A DNA stretch of 64,000 nucleotides from an uncultured Actinomycetota bacterium. Lineage in GTDB: Bacteria; Actinomycetota; UBA4738; HRBIN12. The notes under the pieces are model-generated. The model did not search any database, was not told where the DNA came from, and worked only from the letters and a program-made list of their open reading frames with translations. Shown here piece after piece: positions 63,468-64,000 of this stretch; the stretch's first letter is position 1, and every line of letters begins with the position of its first letter. A program made the translations under genes and the position numbers. The DNA is taken from assembly GCA_963733635.1 (NCBI GenBank), contig CAVTEH010000008.1, positions 65,746 to 129,745 of the forward strand. The letters run 5' to 3'.

Positions 63468-63907
63468 ATGGAGCACGCCGAAGGATCGATCGTGATCGAG
63501 GCGCCCCTCGAGGACGTGATGGAGGTCATCGAGGCCTACGAGGCCTATCCCGAGTGGGCCGACGTGCGAACCGTCGAGGTCCGGGCGCGGGGCGAGGGTG
63601 GACCGAGCCACCGAGGTGGCGTTCGAGGTGGATGTCCCCGTGCTGGGGAAGGCGTCCTACACCCTGCACTACCAGTACGCGCCCGGAGACACGGGCCTGT
63701 CCTGGGTCACACCGACGCGCGCGGCGCCATCCGCGACATCCGGGGTGAGTACCTGCTCGACGAGCTCGTCGAGGCGAGACCAAGGTCACCTACCGGCTCG
63801 GCGTCGAGCTGGGTGTGCTGGTCCCGGGGTTCCTTCGGACCGAAGGCGCCAAGCGAGTCATCGAGAACGCGCTGGAGAAGCTCAAGCGCCGCGTCGAGAT
63901 GGGCTAA
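63468..63907 (+). pseudogene. SRPBCC (polyketide cyclase/dehydrase-like) family protein, about 3 frameshifts as assembled
   Basis: MEHAEGSIVIEAPLEDVMEVIEAYEAYPEWA.., EVAFEVDVPVLGKASYTLHYQY, IRGEYLLDEL, KVTYRLGVELGVLVPGFLRTEGAKRVIENALEKLKRRVE. These are recovered from three frames. Confidence 0.65.
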
Positions 63908-63959
63908 GCGGCCGAGGGCTCGAGCGAGCGTCAGCCGTGCCCACCGGTAGACTGGCCTG

Positions 63960-64000
63960 ATGCGCGTCGTGTTGTTCACGGGGAAGGGCGGGGTGGGCAA
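63960..64000 (+). CDS. ArsA/ParA-like P-loop ATPase (5' end only; continues beyond the window)
   Basis: ATG 63960 gives MRVVLFTGKGGVG.., a deviant Walker A beginning. Only 13 codons are visible. Confidence 0.4.
   Translation, partial: MRVVLFTGKGGVG

Overview
This is a GC-rich chromosomal segment of actinobacterial type. Lineage markers are a WhiB-family regulator, mycothiol/DinB-type (MDMPI) proteins, a DUF385 deazaflavin-type reductase, and SufU/SufT-style Fe-S assembly. I found no rRNA, tRNA, CRISPR array, transposase, integrase or phage genes. Gene order: (1) 1-8.8 kb, a Wzx/Wzy-type polysaccharide cluster (Wzz-like, GT2, Wzy-like, Wzx-like, an APH-like kinase and three sulfotransferases). 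(2) 8.9-11.8 kb, two secreted GH26-like hydrolase paralogs. (3) 12-17.8 kb, lpdA, E1 alpha, E1 beta, E2 and lipB on the minus strand. (4) gcvT, a lipoprotein, and a cytoplasmic histidine kinase with a LuxR-type response regulator. (5) 21.7-31.3 kb, Fe-S/sulfur genes: a DUF59 protein, rhodanese, and sufB-DinB-sufD-Rieske-sufC-sufS-sufU. (6) A translationally coupled cax-DUF2207-GNAT trio. (7) An ECF sigma/anti-sigma operon bracketed by two ~290-bp, ~90% identical repeats in inverted orientation; this is the most unusual structure in the window. (8) Housekeeping genes: glycerate kinase, YbaK, IscA-like, metH, korAB, thiolase, aquaporin, a DEDD exonuclease/GIY-YIG fusion, gmhA plus a GHMP kinase, whiB, ygfZ, a GT4 mannosyltransferase-like gene, and the start of an ArsA-like gene. 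Major caveat: many conserved genes are broken by frameshifts as assembled. The breaks are sparse before ~43 kb and very dense from 43.5 to 64 kb. Several fall in G/C homopolymer runs, so I treat them as probable assembly indels rather than real pseudogenes. I reconstructed gene extents by stitching frames, so the internal junction positions are approximate.
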